Assembly (NCBI GenBank): GCA_965207065.1
Contig: OZ242260.1
Span: 1,248,001 to 1,312,000 of the forward strand
Length of the DNA: 64,000 nucleotides
Direction: 5' to 3'
From: a bacterium
GTDB taxonomy: Bacteria > UBA8248
Positions within the stretch are counted from its first letter, which is position 1. Each line of letters starts with the position of its first letter. The translations under genes and the position numbers were made by a program. Of the stretch, positions 1 to 11,434 are shown piece after piece. The notes beneath the pieces are model-generated. The model was not told where the DNA came from. It saw only the letters and a program-made list of their open reading frames with translations, and did no database searches.

Positions 1-282
1 TAGGGAGAAATCCTGCGCCATTCGCGCCAGCGCCGGGTAGACCACCGCTTCGCCGTGGGGGTGATAGTTTCCGCTCACGTCGCCTGCTATCTTCGCGCAC
101 TTTCGAAACGGCCTGTTGTGCGCGAGGCCCAAATCATTCAGCGTTGTGAGGATGCGCCTTTGTACGGGCTTCAGTCCGTCGCGGACGTCGGGGAGCGCGC
201 GCGCGATGATGACGCTCATCGCGTAATCCATAAAGGACGCGCTCATCTCCTGCTCAATGCTGACCTCATTCAGGTTGTCCAT
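1..282 (-). CDS. gyrA: DNA gyrase subunit A, N-terminal part (runs off window)
   Basis: Manual translation from ATG at 282: [45 protein letters not shown]...[24 protein letters not shown]. Not in the ORF track. Confidence 0.95.
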   Translation of the reverse strand, partial: MDNLNEVSIEQEMSASFMDYAMSVIIARALPDVRDGLKPVQRRILTTLNDLGLAHNRPFRKCAKIAGDVSGNYHPHGEAVVYPALARMAQDFSL

Positions 283-588
283 GCTATCGAATTTCTCCTG
301 CTGACGGCGCGAGTCAGAGGCCGTCCCAAAGGTGTGATGACCAGGCAGGGGCGAACCTAGGTGGGCGGAACGCAAACACTATCTTATACCACAAAAAGGG
401 TTGCGTCGGCAAACCAAAGCAACTACTTGCGCTGCTTTTCCGGAGGGCGCAAGCGCCCTTTTTTCAAGGGTTTCAGGACTTGCGTTTTACTCGCCCGCCA
501 GATTGCCCAAGAGGCTTCGTTCGTGGACAATAAGGCCACAACGCCTTAGTCAATTCCCGGTTTCTCCCTCTTGTCTTGGAGGAAAATC

Positions 589-1056
589 ATGCGGCCTCCC
601 GAGAGATTCAAGCCTTTCGTCTCATTCACTCGCCTTGTTGTGGCCATCATCTTTGCGGTGGCTTTGCTCACCTCCTCGGTAGCGGTGGAAAGTCACAAGG
701 ACGACCAAGAAGGGACTCACTCACCGGAAGTGGGGGACCTGATGGAAAAACTCGACGCGGATTTCGGCGCGCTTGTGAAGGCCGCCCTCATCGCCTCGGT
801 TCAGGAACTCGTGAGCGAGACGCCATATGCGGCCATCGAAAAACAGGCGGTGTCCATCGCCGCCACGGCGAAAGTCCTGCCGAACGTAGAAGAATTCCGA
901 GGGGATAATTCGATGCTCGTCCTCTCACGCCAACTCGAAGCCGCCGCCGATGGCCTTGCGAAGGCGGCAAGGAACAAAAACCTGGACGCGACCGTCAAGG
1001 CGCTGGTGGCAATACACGGCGCATGCGTACGCTGTCACGAGGACGCGCGCTTCTAG
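589..1056 (+). CDS. Exported class II (cytochrome c'-like) c-type cytochrome
   Basis: N-terminal hydrophobic signal/anchor, helical body, C-terminal CxxCH (ACVRCHEDARF). Start uncertain (571 or 589). Confidence 0.75.
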   Translation: MRPPERFKPFVSFTRLVVAIIFAVALLTSSVAVESHKDDQEGTHSPEVGDLMEKLDADFGALVKAALIASVQELVSETPYAAIEKQAVSIAATAKVLPNVEEFRGDNSMLVLSRQLEAAADGLAKAARNKNLDATVKALVAIHGACVRCHEDARF

Positions 1057-1100
1057 GTTTCGTGGGACCATCAGGCCTTCGCGCGCAGCGGGAGAGAGCG

Positions 1101-3608
<2,508 letters not shown>

Positions 3609-4724
3609 TCAATCTACCCTTTCAACCGTTGCGTCTCGAACCAGAAAAATTCTTCCGTCTATCTCATTTTCGTTTAACCGCGGCTCCTCGGTCGACGTGA
3701 TGAACGTCTGCGCTCCCAGGGAACCCAGGAACAACAACACCCTCTTTTTCCTGCCCGCGTCGAGCTCCGAGCCCAAATCATCGAGCAGCACGACGGGAGC
3801 TTCCTTTCTCCTTCTCTTGTATTCCTCAGCGTTCGCCGATACCAGCAATATCGTGATGAGACGCTGCTCTCCCTGGGAAGCGACCTCTTTCGCCCGGCGC
3901 CCGTCCCACGACAGGTGAAAATCATCGAGCTGCGGCCCCCAAAGCGTCGTCCTTCTCGCCATTTCCTCCTTTGCGAGTCTCTGCGCCGTCGCTCGCAAGC
4001 CCTCTCGTATTTCTCCTTCCGCGTCTTCGTCTCCACTCTGGAAACCCCTGGCTTCATACGAAACGGAAACCCTGGCTTCTCGCGTTTCTCCAAATAAATT
4101 CTCCAGGTGGTTCAGCCGGTTTTTCAGAGAATGTATATAACTTTTCCTGCGGACGATAATGCGGGCGGCCATCTCGATTAGTCGCTCTTGCCACACCTGA
4201 ATCATAGCAGATTCGCCCCCGTTTCTCAAAAGGTGATTCCTCTCGGAAAGCAGTTTCAAATACCCTCTGGAATCCTCGATATGCTGCGGTTCGACAGCCG
4301 CTATCGCTTGATCGAAAAACCGCCTTCTCGCTCCGGGGCCCTCCTTGATGACTTGAGGCGTTTCGGGGAAAAAAACGATAACGTGCGAACTATCGAGATA
4401 GGGCAGCAGGCCCCGCAGTTCCTGGCCATCTTTCTTGTATTTTCTCTCGCGTCCGTGGAACGCTGCTTCGAGCCTCGTTTCTTTCGCGCTCCCCTCATCG
4501 ATGAACACGCCGGACGCATACATTCCCTCGCCGCCGTGCAACACCATCTTCTCTCTTGATATCCGGCGGAAAGAACGAAGGTGTGAGAGATAATAAATGG
4601 CTTCCAGCAAGTTCGTCTTGCCCGATCCGTTGTTGCCGTAAATATAGTTAAATCCGGGGTGTGGCCTGATATCGAGTTTTGGATAGTTCCTGAAGTTTTT
4701 GAGAGTAAGTTTAGCGAGGCGCAA
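3609..4724 (-). CDS. recF: DNA replication/repair protein RecF
   Basis: NFRNY, Walker A GNNGSGKTNLLEAI, ASQGEQR, LLDDLGSELD; located between dnaA and gyrB. Confidence 0.95.
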   Translation of the reverse strand: MRLAKLTLKNFRNYPKLDIRPHPGFNYIYGNNGSGKTNLLEAIYYLSHLRSFRRISREKMVLHGGEGMYASGVFIDEGSAKETRLEAAFHGRERKYKKDGQELRGLLPYLDSSHVIVFFPETPQVIKEGPGARRRFFDQAIAAVEPQHIEDSRGYLKLLSERNHLLRNGGESAMIQVWQERLIEMAARIIVRRKSYIHSLKNRLNHLENLFGETREARVSVSYEARGFQSGDEDAEGEIREGLRATAQRLAKEEMARRTTLWGPQLDDFHLSWDGRRAKEVASQGEQRLITILLVSANAEEYKRRRKEAPVVLLDDLGSELDAGRKKRVLLFLGSLGAQTFITSTEEPRLNENEIDGRIFLVRDATVERVD

Positions 4725-4959
4725 AGGATATCCTCAGACACGGGTTCTTTTAAGACTATATAGATCATTTAAAAAGTAGTGGTAGTAGGAACGGTGATAT
4801 TGTGGATAACCTCGCAACGCATTCAAAAAAGAGTTCTTGTCCGGTCGGGAAGGTGTGCGGTAATTTGTGATTCGGGGCAGATAAACGGGAGTTCCCTCCC
4901 AGGACATGAAAAAGACAGGGAGTTCAACGGTTTTATCCACAATTGTTACCACGAGTGTT
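4725..4959. promoter_or_regulatory. oriC: Replication origin oriC (unwinding sub-region)
   Basis: AT-rich stretch 4748-4776, DnaA-trio-like TAG-TGG-TAG-TAG at 4777-4788, perfect DnaA boxes TGTGGATAA at 4801-4809 and TTATCCACA at 4933-4941. Confidence 0.85.
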
Positions 4960-6321
4960 TCAAGAGAGGTCTATTTTTTGTTCGAGCGCTTGGATGGTGG
5001 GAGGGAGGGACGGGTCTGTCTTGAGCAGGTTCTCGATTTTATTTGTGGAGTGGATAACCGTGGAGTGATCCTTGCCGCCGAAGCGACGGCCGATTTCCGT
5101 GGTCGAGGCGCGCGTGAGCTTCCTCGCGAGATACATGGCAATCTGGCGGGGGACCGCGAATGAGCGTGAGCGGTTTTTTGATTTCAGATCGGTGACCCGG
5201 ACCTGGAAGTGTTCGGCGACGATCTTCTGGATGTTGTCCACCGAAGAATTCCGGGAGGGGTCTCGAATAATGCCTCGCAACACTTCCTGTGCGACAGGAA
5301 GATCGATCTCCATGTCGTGCAAAGAGGCATGAATGCCGAGTCTTATAAGGCAACCCTCGAGTTCCCGGACGTTGGAGCGGACTTTCTCCGCGATGTAGTG
5401 GGCGACCTCCCTGGGGAGGGTAAGCCCCTGCTCATCAGCTTTTTCCTGCAGGATGGCGACCTTGGTCTCGAAATCCGGCGCGCCGATATCCGCTATCATC
5501 CCCGAGACGAAGCGCGACCTGAGGCGTTCCTCCAGCCCAGGCGTATCTTTGGGCATGTTGTCACTCGTAATGACGATCTGCTTTCTTGCATCCTGCAAGG
5601 CGTTGAAAGTGAAGAAAAACTCCTCCTGGGTGCGCTCCTTCCCGGCAATAAACTGGATGTCGTCTATCATCAGGATGTCCACTTTCCGGTATTTGCTCCT
5701 GAAAGCAGCCATCTGGTTCTGCCTGATTGAGGAAATGAGATCGTTGGTGAAACTTTCGGATGAGGTATAGAAGACGCGCGTCATCGGGAGTCGATCGAGA
5801 ACATGATGGGAGATGGCATGCATCAGGTGCGTCTTTCCGAGCCCCACCCCGCCGTAAATGAACAGAGGGTTGAGGGCAACTCCTTTGCCTTCCGCCAGGC
5901 GGAGGCTGCAGGCGTGGGCGAACTCGTTCGAACGACCGACCACAAAGTTCTCGAAACGGTACTTGGGATTGAGGAAATCCGGTCGCTTTACAAGAGGCTG
6001 GGATCTCTCCTTGAGAGCCCCGCCTTCTCCTGCCGGAACCACTCCGGCTGGGATATGCGATGGATTGGCCCCGTTGATCGGCAGATCGCTCGCTGATACG
6101 GTAAGTACGATGTTGGGCCCGGCTACCTGTTCAAGCACGTCCGTGATAATACCCCAATAGCGCGATCGCAAAGTGTTCGCCGTGAACGGATCAGGGACCT
6201 CAATCGCGAGTGTAGATTCGCTTGCATCGAGTTGTTTGATGCCCGCAAACCAGCGGGTGAACGTCTGGGGGGAGACTTCCTGTTTTATTTGGTCCGCGCA
6301 ACGATGCCAGAGAGTCGTCAT
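4960..6321 (-). CDS. dnaA: Chromosomal replication initiator DnaA
   Basis: LNPKYRFENFVVG, YGGVGLGKTHL, IDDIQF, NVRELEG, GGKDHSTVIH. Probable start MTTLW at 6321. Confidence 0.97.
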   Translation of the reverse strand: MTTLWHRCADQIKQEVSPQTFTRWFAGIKQLDASESTLAIEVPDPFTANTLRSRYWGIITDVLEQVAGPNIVLTVSASDLPINGANPSHIPAGVVPAGEGGALKERSQPLVKRPDFLNPKYRFENFVVGRSNEFAHACSLRLAEGKGVALNPLFIYGGVGLGKTHLMHAISHHVLDRLPMTRVFYTSSESFTNDLISSIRQNQMAAFRSKYRKVDILMIDDIQFIAGKERTQEEFFFTFNALQDARKQIVITSDNMPKDTPGLEERLRSRFVSGMIADIGAPDFETKVAILQEKADEQGLTLPREVAHYIAEKVRSNVRELEGCLIRLGIHASLHDMEIDLPVAQEVLRGIIRDPSRNSSVDNIQKIVAEHFQVRVTDLKSKNRSRSFAVPRQIAMYLARKLTRASTTEIGRRFGGKDHSTVIHSTNKIENLLKTDPSLPPTIQALEQKIDLS

Positions 6322-6384
6322 TTGGTAAACCAATTCATAACGTTCTTTGCGTGACGGGGCTCCCATCGCCACGAAAAAACATAG

Positions 6385-6464
6385 TTTTCCACAGGGCGAG
6401 ACAAGAGCCAATCAGATAAGGCATTTTTCCACAAACGGCTGGCAGGGGCAAGGGGTTTTCCACA
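6385..6464. promoter_or_regulatory. Cluster of three DnaA boxes upstream of dnaA
   Basis: TTTTCCACA (1 mismatch to TTATCCACA) at 6385-6393, 6425-6433 and 6456-6464, all in the same orientation. Confidence 0.8.
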
Positions 6465-6601
6465 AAAAATCGCAAGATCGCTTGTTTTTTGTTCTTTTTA
6501 TTGACGAAAACACGCAGCTTTTATAGGTTATGGGGCCGTACGCAAAGAGAATGCCTGGGCACCTGAACCCTTTGGATTCAGACGCTCCCTGCATGTGGTT
6601 C

Positions 6602-6630
6602 TTGACAATCATGGATTTGGTGGCTACTTT
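6602..6630 (+). promoter_or_regulatory. sigma70-type promoter of the rpmH operon
   Basis: TTGACA (6602-6607), 17-nt spacer, TACTTT (6625-6630). Confidence 0.65.
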
Positions 6631-6714
6631 ACGCTCGGCTTCTCGGGAAGCCTTTTCTATTGTTTATATGGCGGTTTGCGTATCCGGCCTTTGGGCCGGC
6701 AGATGGAGTCTTTG

Positions 6715-6855
6715 TTGAAAAGGACTTACCAGCCGAACAGAAGAAAACGGGTGAAGACACACGGGTTTCGTCGCCGGATGAAGACCACTGGCGGACGCGC
6801 GATCATCAGGCGCCGCCGGGTAAAGGGCCGAAAGCGTCTCGGCGTTTCCGCCTAA
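6715..6855 (+). CDS. rpmH: 50S ribosomal protein L34
   Basis: TTG start; (M)[23 protein letters not shown]. Confidence 0.97.
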   Translation: MKRTYQPNRRKRVKTHGFRRRMKTTGGRAIIRRRRVKGRKRLGVSA

Positions 6856-6899
6856 GCGTCTCGCCGGGCTTGCCATTCCTCGACCGGAAGGGCGCAGGC

Positions 6900-7247
6900 A
6901 TGGACGTTAGCCTCCCGCCGGAGCGTCGAATCCGCAAAGGGAGCGAGTTCGCCGCCGTTCTCAGAAAAGGGCGCAAGCGCAGGTGTCCGTTATTCACGCT
7001 GTATATCCTGCCGGCTCCTTCGCGGGATCGCGCGCGGCTCGGCATTATCGCGTCACGCAGGGTGGGCGGCGCCGTTCAGAGAAATCGCGCCAAGCGGCTT
7101 CTCCGCGAAGTGTTTCGGCTTCATGGCTCTCAATTACCTGCGGGAGTGGACCTTGTGGCCGTGGCGAGGAACTCGATCGTCAGGGCGAGGCTAGAGGATG
7201 TTGAAAGGGCGTTCCGCAACGCTTTCCACGGAAAAACGAATTCCTGA
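6900..7247 (+). CDS. rnpA: Ribonuclease P protein component
   Basis: RLGIIASRRVGGAVQRNRAKRLLRE (RNR motif); follows rpmH. Confidence 0.95.
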   Translation: MDVSLPPERRIRKGSEFAAVLRKGRKRRCPLFTLYILPAPSRDRARLGIIASRRVGGAVQRNRAKRLLREVFRLHGSQLPAGVDLVAVARNSIVRARLEDVERAFRNAFHGKTNS

Positions 7248-7485
7248 AAGAGAGATTGCTCCCATCTCCCGGGCGATCTGTGTTCTGGCAACGGCTTTGA
7301 TTCGGGGGTATCAGCTCATTTTGTCTCCCGTGATGCCGGGCAGTTGCCGATTTTCACCCTCTTGTTCTTGTTATGCGCTCGAGGCGTTTCGGCGCCACGC
7401 TCCCGCGCGGGCCTTGTGGCTCACCGTGCGACGCATCGGGCGTTGCCATCCATTTCACCCCGGGGGAAACGATCCGGTTCCCTGA
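7198..7485 (+). CDS. yidD: Membrane protein insertion efficiency factor YidD
   Basis: YQLILSP, CRFSPSCS, RIGRCHPFHPGG. True start probably further downstream. Confidence 0.92.
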   Translation: MLKGRSATLSTEKRIPEREIAPISRAICVLATALIRGYQLILSPVMPGSCRFSPSCSCYALEAFRRHAPARALWLTVRRIGRCHPFHPGGNDPVP

Positions 7486-7511
7486 GGGGTCCGGCGGAGG
7501 CACTTTACATC

Positions 7512-9155
7512 ATGGAAAGAAACGCGATTATCGCCGCCGTATTATCGATGGCGATACTGATCGGCTGGCAATACCTCATCGTAAAGCCGATGGAGGACGA
7601 GCAGGCTCAGAAGGAGAAGGTGGCCAAGGCGCGCACGGCGGCCCGGAACAAGGAGCGATCGAGCGCCGCGAGCACGCCGCTCAAAGCGCCCGCCTCCGTC
7701 GCCGGCCAGCCGTCCGCACCCGCCGCTCCTTCTTCGCCGACGGCAGCCGCTCCCGGCCGGCGTGTTCGGGTGGACGTGGGCGACGCGGTGTATGAGCTGA
7801 CCAACCGGGGCGCGGGCTTCTTGTCCGCGCGTCTTCTGAAATACAAACAGGGCGAGAAGAACTTCGTCCAGCTCGTGCCCCCGGGCCGCCCGGACGTGCG
7901 GCCTCTTTATTTCTGGGGCGGCCAGACGGCGCAGAAGCTCAACGAGGCCTCCTACCAGGTCGAGGGCGGCGACCTCTCGCTCTCAAGGGCGAATCCGGAA
8001 GGAACGATTCGCTTCATCTACCGCGGCGCCGACGGCCTCTCGGCGGAAAAGGCGCTCACTTTCCGCCACAACGAATACAACATCCGCACGAAAATCAGCG
8101 TCACCCGGCCCTCCGGGACCGAGGCGATGGGAGTTGTCTGGGGCCCGCGTGTGGGCGGAAGCGACGGCAACACTTATGGCGGCGTCATCGAGGGGCCGAT
8201 GAGCTTCGTGGGCGATGAGCTCGAATATGACTATCCCGAGGAAGGAAAGTCCGTCACCCACGGGGAGAGCCTCAAGTGGACTTCGCTCCAGTCGAAGCAC
8301 TTCATCGCGGCCCTTATCCCCCGGGGCGGTGCGGGCGGAGCGGAGATTCGCCTCCTCTCCAAGACGGACGACCTCAGCGATTACGCCGCCATCGTGCCCT
8401 TCGCGCGCGGGAAGAACGTCGATGCGGACTTCGACGTCTACGTGGGGCCCAAGGCGTTGGCCCACCTCGAAAAGCTCAAGGTCAACCTCGAGGATTCCCT
8501 GGACTACGGGATGTTCTCGTTTATCGCCAAGCCGCTCATGTCGATTCTGAGGTTTTTTCACGCGTTCGTGGGCAACTGGGGGGTTGCCATCATCCTGCTG
8601 ACGATCGTGGTGAAGATTATCTTCTACCCTCTCACCCACGTCAGCATGCGCAACATGAAGGAGATGCAGAAGCTCCAGCCGCGCATCACGCAGCTGCGCG
8701 AGATTTACAAGGACGACAAGAACAGGCTCAACGAGCAGACCATGGCCTTATATAAGGAGCACAAGGTCAACCCGATGATGGGCTGCCTGCCGATGCTGAT
8801 ACAGATTCCCGTCTTCTTCGGGCTGTATGAAGCGCTCCTGGTGTCGATAGAGCTTCGCAACGCGCCCTTTTTCGGCTGGGTTCAGGACCTCTCGGTGCAG
8901 GACCCCTACCACGTGTATACGATACTCATGGGAGCGTCGATGTTCCTGCAGCAGAAGATGACGCCCACCGCGGGCGACCCCACCCAGGCGAAGATGATGA
9001 TGTTCATGCCCATCGTCTTCACGGGCATGTTCATCTTCTATCCCGTGCCCGTGGGGCTGGTGATCTACTGGCTCGTGAACAACCTGCTCTCCATCGCGCA
9101 GCAATTCTACGTGAACCGTTCCGTGCAGCCGCCCAAGCTGGCCGAGGAGAATTGA
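7512..9155 (+). CDS. yidC: Membrane protein insertase YidC
   Basis: GNWGVAIILLT, GCLPMLIQIPVF, IYWLVNN; synteny. Confidence 0.97.
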   Translation: MERNAIIAAVLSMAILIGWQYLIVKPMEDEQAQKEKVAKARTAARNKERSSAASTPLKAPASVAGQPSAPAAPSSPTAAAPGRRVRVDVGDAVYELTNRGAGFLSARLLKYKQGEKNFVQLVPPGRPDVRPLYFWGGQTAQKLNEASYQVEGGDLSLSRANPEGTIRFIYRGADGLSAEKALTFRHNEYNIRTKISVTRPSGTEAMGVVWGPRVGGSDGNTYGGVIEGPMSFVGDELEYDYPEEGKSVTHGESLKWTSLQSKHFIAALIPRGGAGGAEIRLLSKTDDLSDYAAIVPFARGKNVDADFDVYVGPKALAHLEKLKVNLEDSLDYGMFSFIAKPLMSILRFFHAFVGNWGVAIILLTIVVKIIFYPLTHVSMRNMKEMQKLQPRITQLREIYKDDKNRLNEQTMALYKEHKVNPMMGCLPMLIQIPVFFGLYEALLVSIELRNAPFFGWVQDLSVQDPYHVYTILMGASMFLQQKMTPTAGDPTQAKMMMFMPIVFTGMFIFYPVPVGLVIYWLVNNLLSIAQQFYVNRSVQPPKLAEEN

Positions 9156-9239
9156 CGCGGAAAATGCGCTTTCGACTCCGGAATCAACCCGGCCTGCCTG
9201 CCAGGCGTAGTTCTCCCCGGAAGTCCTGGAGACGAGAAA

Positions 9240-10331
9240 ATGAATTTTAGCGGCGATGGCTGGGCTGATGGCGGCATGGGAGGTCCGGGCTTTCATTACT
9301 TCTCCCCCGGCGAGAATCCCGACCTGAGCCCCTTCGCGGAAATGACAGGCCGTGCGCTCAGGCGCGTCATCGAGCGCATGGACCTGGAGGTCCTCGTCCT
9401 GGCGCTTCGCGATGCGCAGCCGCGCGTGGTGGAGCGGGTGCTCAGGAACGTATCCTCCAAGAACGCGGCTCATATCCGCGAGGAAATCGAGCGCTCGGGC
9501 TCCGGGGAGAGCGAGCGGAGCGTCGAGGCGCGCCAGATGTTGATGCAGACCGCCTACGCCATGAAACACCACGGCGACATTACTTTCGACGGCCCTGCCG
9601 ATGACGCCATTCCCCCGTTGGACCGGGCGCTCGAAGAGGGGCTCGCCGCGTTTCACTCTTCCGAGAGCAAGGCCGAAAATGCCGTATCGCTCATTGTCGC
9701 TCTGGCCGCGCGGGCGGAGCAGCACGGGTTGCTCTCTCTGGAACCGGCCCTCGAAAGGAGCCCGGACGGGATTTTCTCCACCGGTCTTCGAATGCTTGTG
9801 GATCAGGCGCCCTGGGATGAGGCCGAGATGATCCTCGCCCGGCAAATCGAGTCCTCCCTCGCAGCAATGGTAAGAAACAATGAGGTTGCCATTGAGGGCG
9901 CGCTGGCGATACTCGAGGGTGTAAGCGAAGGTCGCGCCCGCGCGCGACTCGTCGCTTTCCTGCCCGAGGGCGAGGCGGATTATGAACGCTTGCCCGGCGT
10001 CCGCTTTTCTCCTTCGGCCCAGGCAACGGTCGACATCATCAGCCTGTGCGTGGAACTTGCAGGCCTTGCCTCCCGCGATGAGGGCGGAGCGATTGCGGAG
10101 CGACTCGAATGGATTCAGGAACCACTCCTCAAGACGGGGCTCAAGTGGGCGCTCGAGGGCGCCACGATAGAAGACGTCGAAAGGCTCCTCAGCCGAAAGG
10201 GGCAGACGCGCCTTGACAGAGAACGCAGAAAGCTCGAATGCCTGGCGGAGGGCTTCATGCTCATCAGAGAAGGGCACCCCGAGGACTTTATCCGTGAGGC
10301 CATCGGCGGCTATCTCGAGGATGAGGCTTGA
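9240..10331 (+). CDS. FliG C-terminal-like domain fused to two MotA cytoplasmic-domain-like repeats
   Basis: LVLALRDA...VLRNVSSKNAAHIREE...VEARQML (FliG-C-like); GLLSLE...GLRMLVD...IEGALAILEG and a second degenerate copy (MotA-like); no TM helices evident. Confidence 0.65.
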   Translation: MNFSGDGWADGGMGGPGFHYFSPGENPDLSPFAEMTGRALRRVIERMDLEVLVLALRDAQPRVVERVLRNVSSKNAAHIREEIERSGSGESERSVEARQMLMQTAYAMKHHGDITFDGPADDAIPPLDRALEEGLAAFHSSESKAENAVSLIVALAARAEQHGLLSLEPALERSPDGIFSTGLRMLVDQAPWDEAEMILARQIESSLAAMVRNNEVAIEGALAILEGVSEGRARARLVAFLPEGEADYERLPGVRFSPSAQATVDIISLCVELAGLASRDEGGAIAERLEWIQEPLLKTGLKWALEGATIEDVERLLSRKGQTRLDRERRKLECLAEGFMLIREGHPEDFIREAIGGYLEDEA

Positions 10332-10924
10332 GCGAGGCCGCCGCACGCAAGCAGTGGACGCTTCCCGTCCGAAACCGCCACCTCCTGCTTACCAGGGGAA
10401 GGCGGCGGGCCATGCCGCCCGTCAAGACGTTGCGCGCTATTGGCCTTAAGCGCGGCATGCGTTTCCTGGACGTCGGCTGCGGACCCGGATACTTTGCGGT
10501 TCCCGCCTGCGGCGTGGTGGGGAAATACGGCCGTGTGCTCGCCTGCGACGTTTCTCCCGTGATGATCGCCGAACTTCGGGCAGAGGCCGAAAAGCGAGGC
10601 TATTCCAACCTGACGGCGAAGCGAAACCAGGGTTCCCGAATTCCCTTTCCGGATGCGAGTGCGGACTTCGTGCTCATCGCCTTCGTGCTGCACGGGTTGG
10701 CGGACATCCAGCCTCTGCTCGCAGAATCAAGGCGCGCGATGAAAAAGGGCTCCGCCATCACGCTGATCGACTGGCACAAGAAGCCCATGGATATGGGGCC
10801 GCCCCTCGAGGCGCGCTTCGAGCCCGAAGAGCTCGTTGCGCAGTTGCGCGATGCAGGCTTTCGCAATCCGCGCTGGTGGGATTTCGACGGCAACACGTAT
10901 TTCGCTGCCGCGGAGGGGCCCTGA
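10328..10924 (+). CDS. Class I SAM-dependent methyltransferase
   Basis: FLDVGCGPG motif I; IPFPDASADFV. Confidence 0.85.
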   Translation: MSEAAARKQWTLPVRNRHLLLTRGRRRAMPPVKTLRAIGLKRGMRFLDVGCGPGYFAVPACGVVGKYGRVLACDVSPVMIAELRAEAEKRGYSNLTAKRNQGSRIPFPDASADFVLIAFVLHGLADIQPLLAESRRAMKKGSAITLIDWHKKPMDMGPPLEARFEPEELVAQLRDAGFRNPRWWDFDGNTYFAAAEGP

Positions 10925-11050
10925 CGGCTGTCAGGGCGGAGGCGATGCGCTATAATCCGGCCATTGCCGGCGGGCCGTGCGGGACTTCTGCTTGAGTGGC
11001 GGCGGCGTGAGACGATGAGCGGCCCGGGCGTTTCGTCGGGAGGAGGGAAC

Positions 11051-11434
11051 ATGCGCTCGCAAGGGGGTATCCTTGTTCTGGCGGTTGCGCTCGCTCTGAT
11101 GCTCAACAACCTGTATTTCGCGGTCAGCCCCAAGGCGGCCAAAGGTGTTTTTCATTGGCTTGATGCAGCCGTCATCGCCGCGCTGGTTTTCGTTCTTGTC
11201 GCGAACATTCGCGGTTTGATGAGCAACGAAGCCGTATGGCACCGGGTCGTGGCGGCGATAGCGGCTGGTGTTCTGGTGAATTTTTACGCCTATAACTATC
11301 TGGCCAAGATGGCGGACAGCGGGCTGGAGAGCGGGACCCTGTGGCTGGTTCTGGTGCCTTTCACGGTTCCCATGCTCGCCTATGAGGGGTTTTTGATGAT
11401 TCGCACGTCCGGACGGGAGCGAGATGGAAAATAA
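11051..11434 (+). CDS. Small 4-TM membrane protein, unknown function
   Basis: RBS GGAGGG then ATG; four hydrophobic segments. Confidence 0.65.
   Translation: MRSQGGILVLAVALALMLNNLYFAVSPKAAKGVFHWLDAAVIAALVFVLVANIRGLMSNEAVWHRVVAAIAAGVLVNFYAYNYLAKMADSGLESGTLWLVLVPFTVPMLAYEGFLMIRTSGRERDGK

Noticed and set aside
5049-5057. DnaA-box-like AGTGGATAA inside dnaA
   Set aside because: Explained by the conserved VIH codons of domain IV; not counted as independent evidence.
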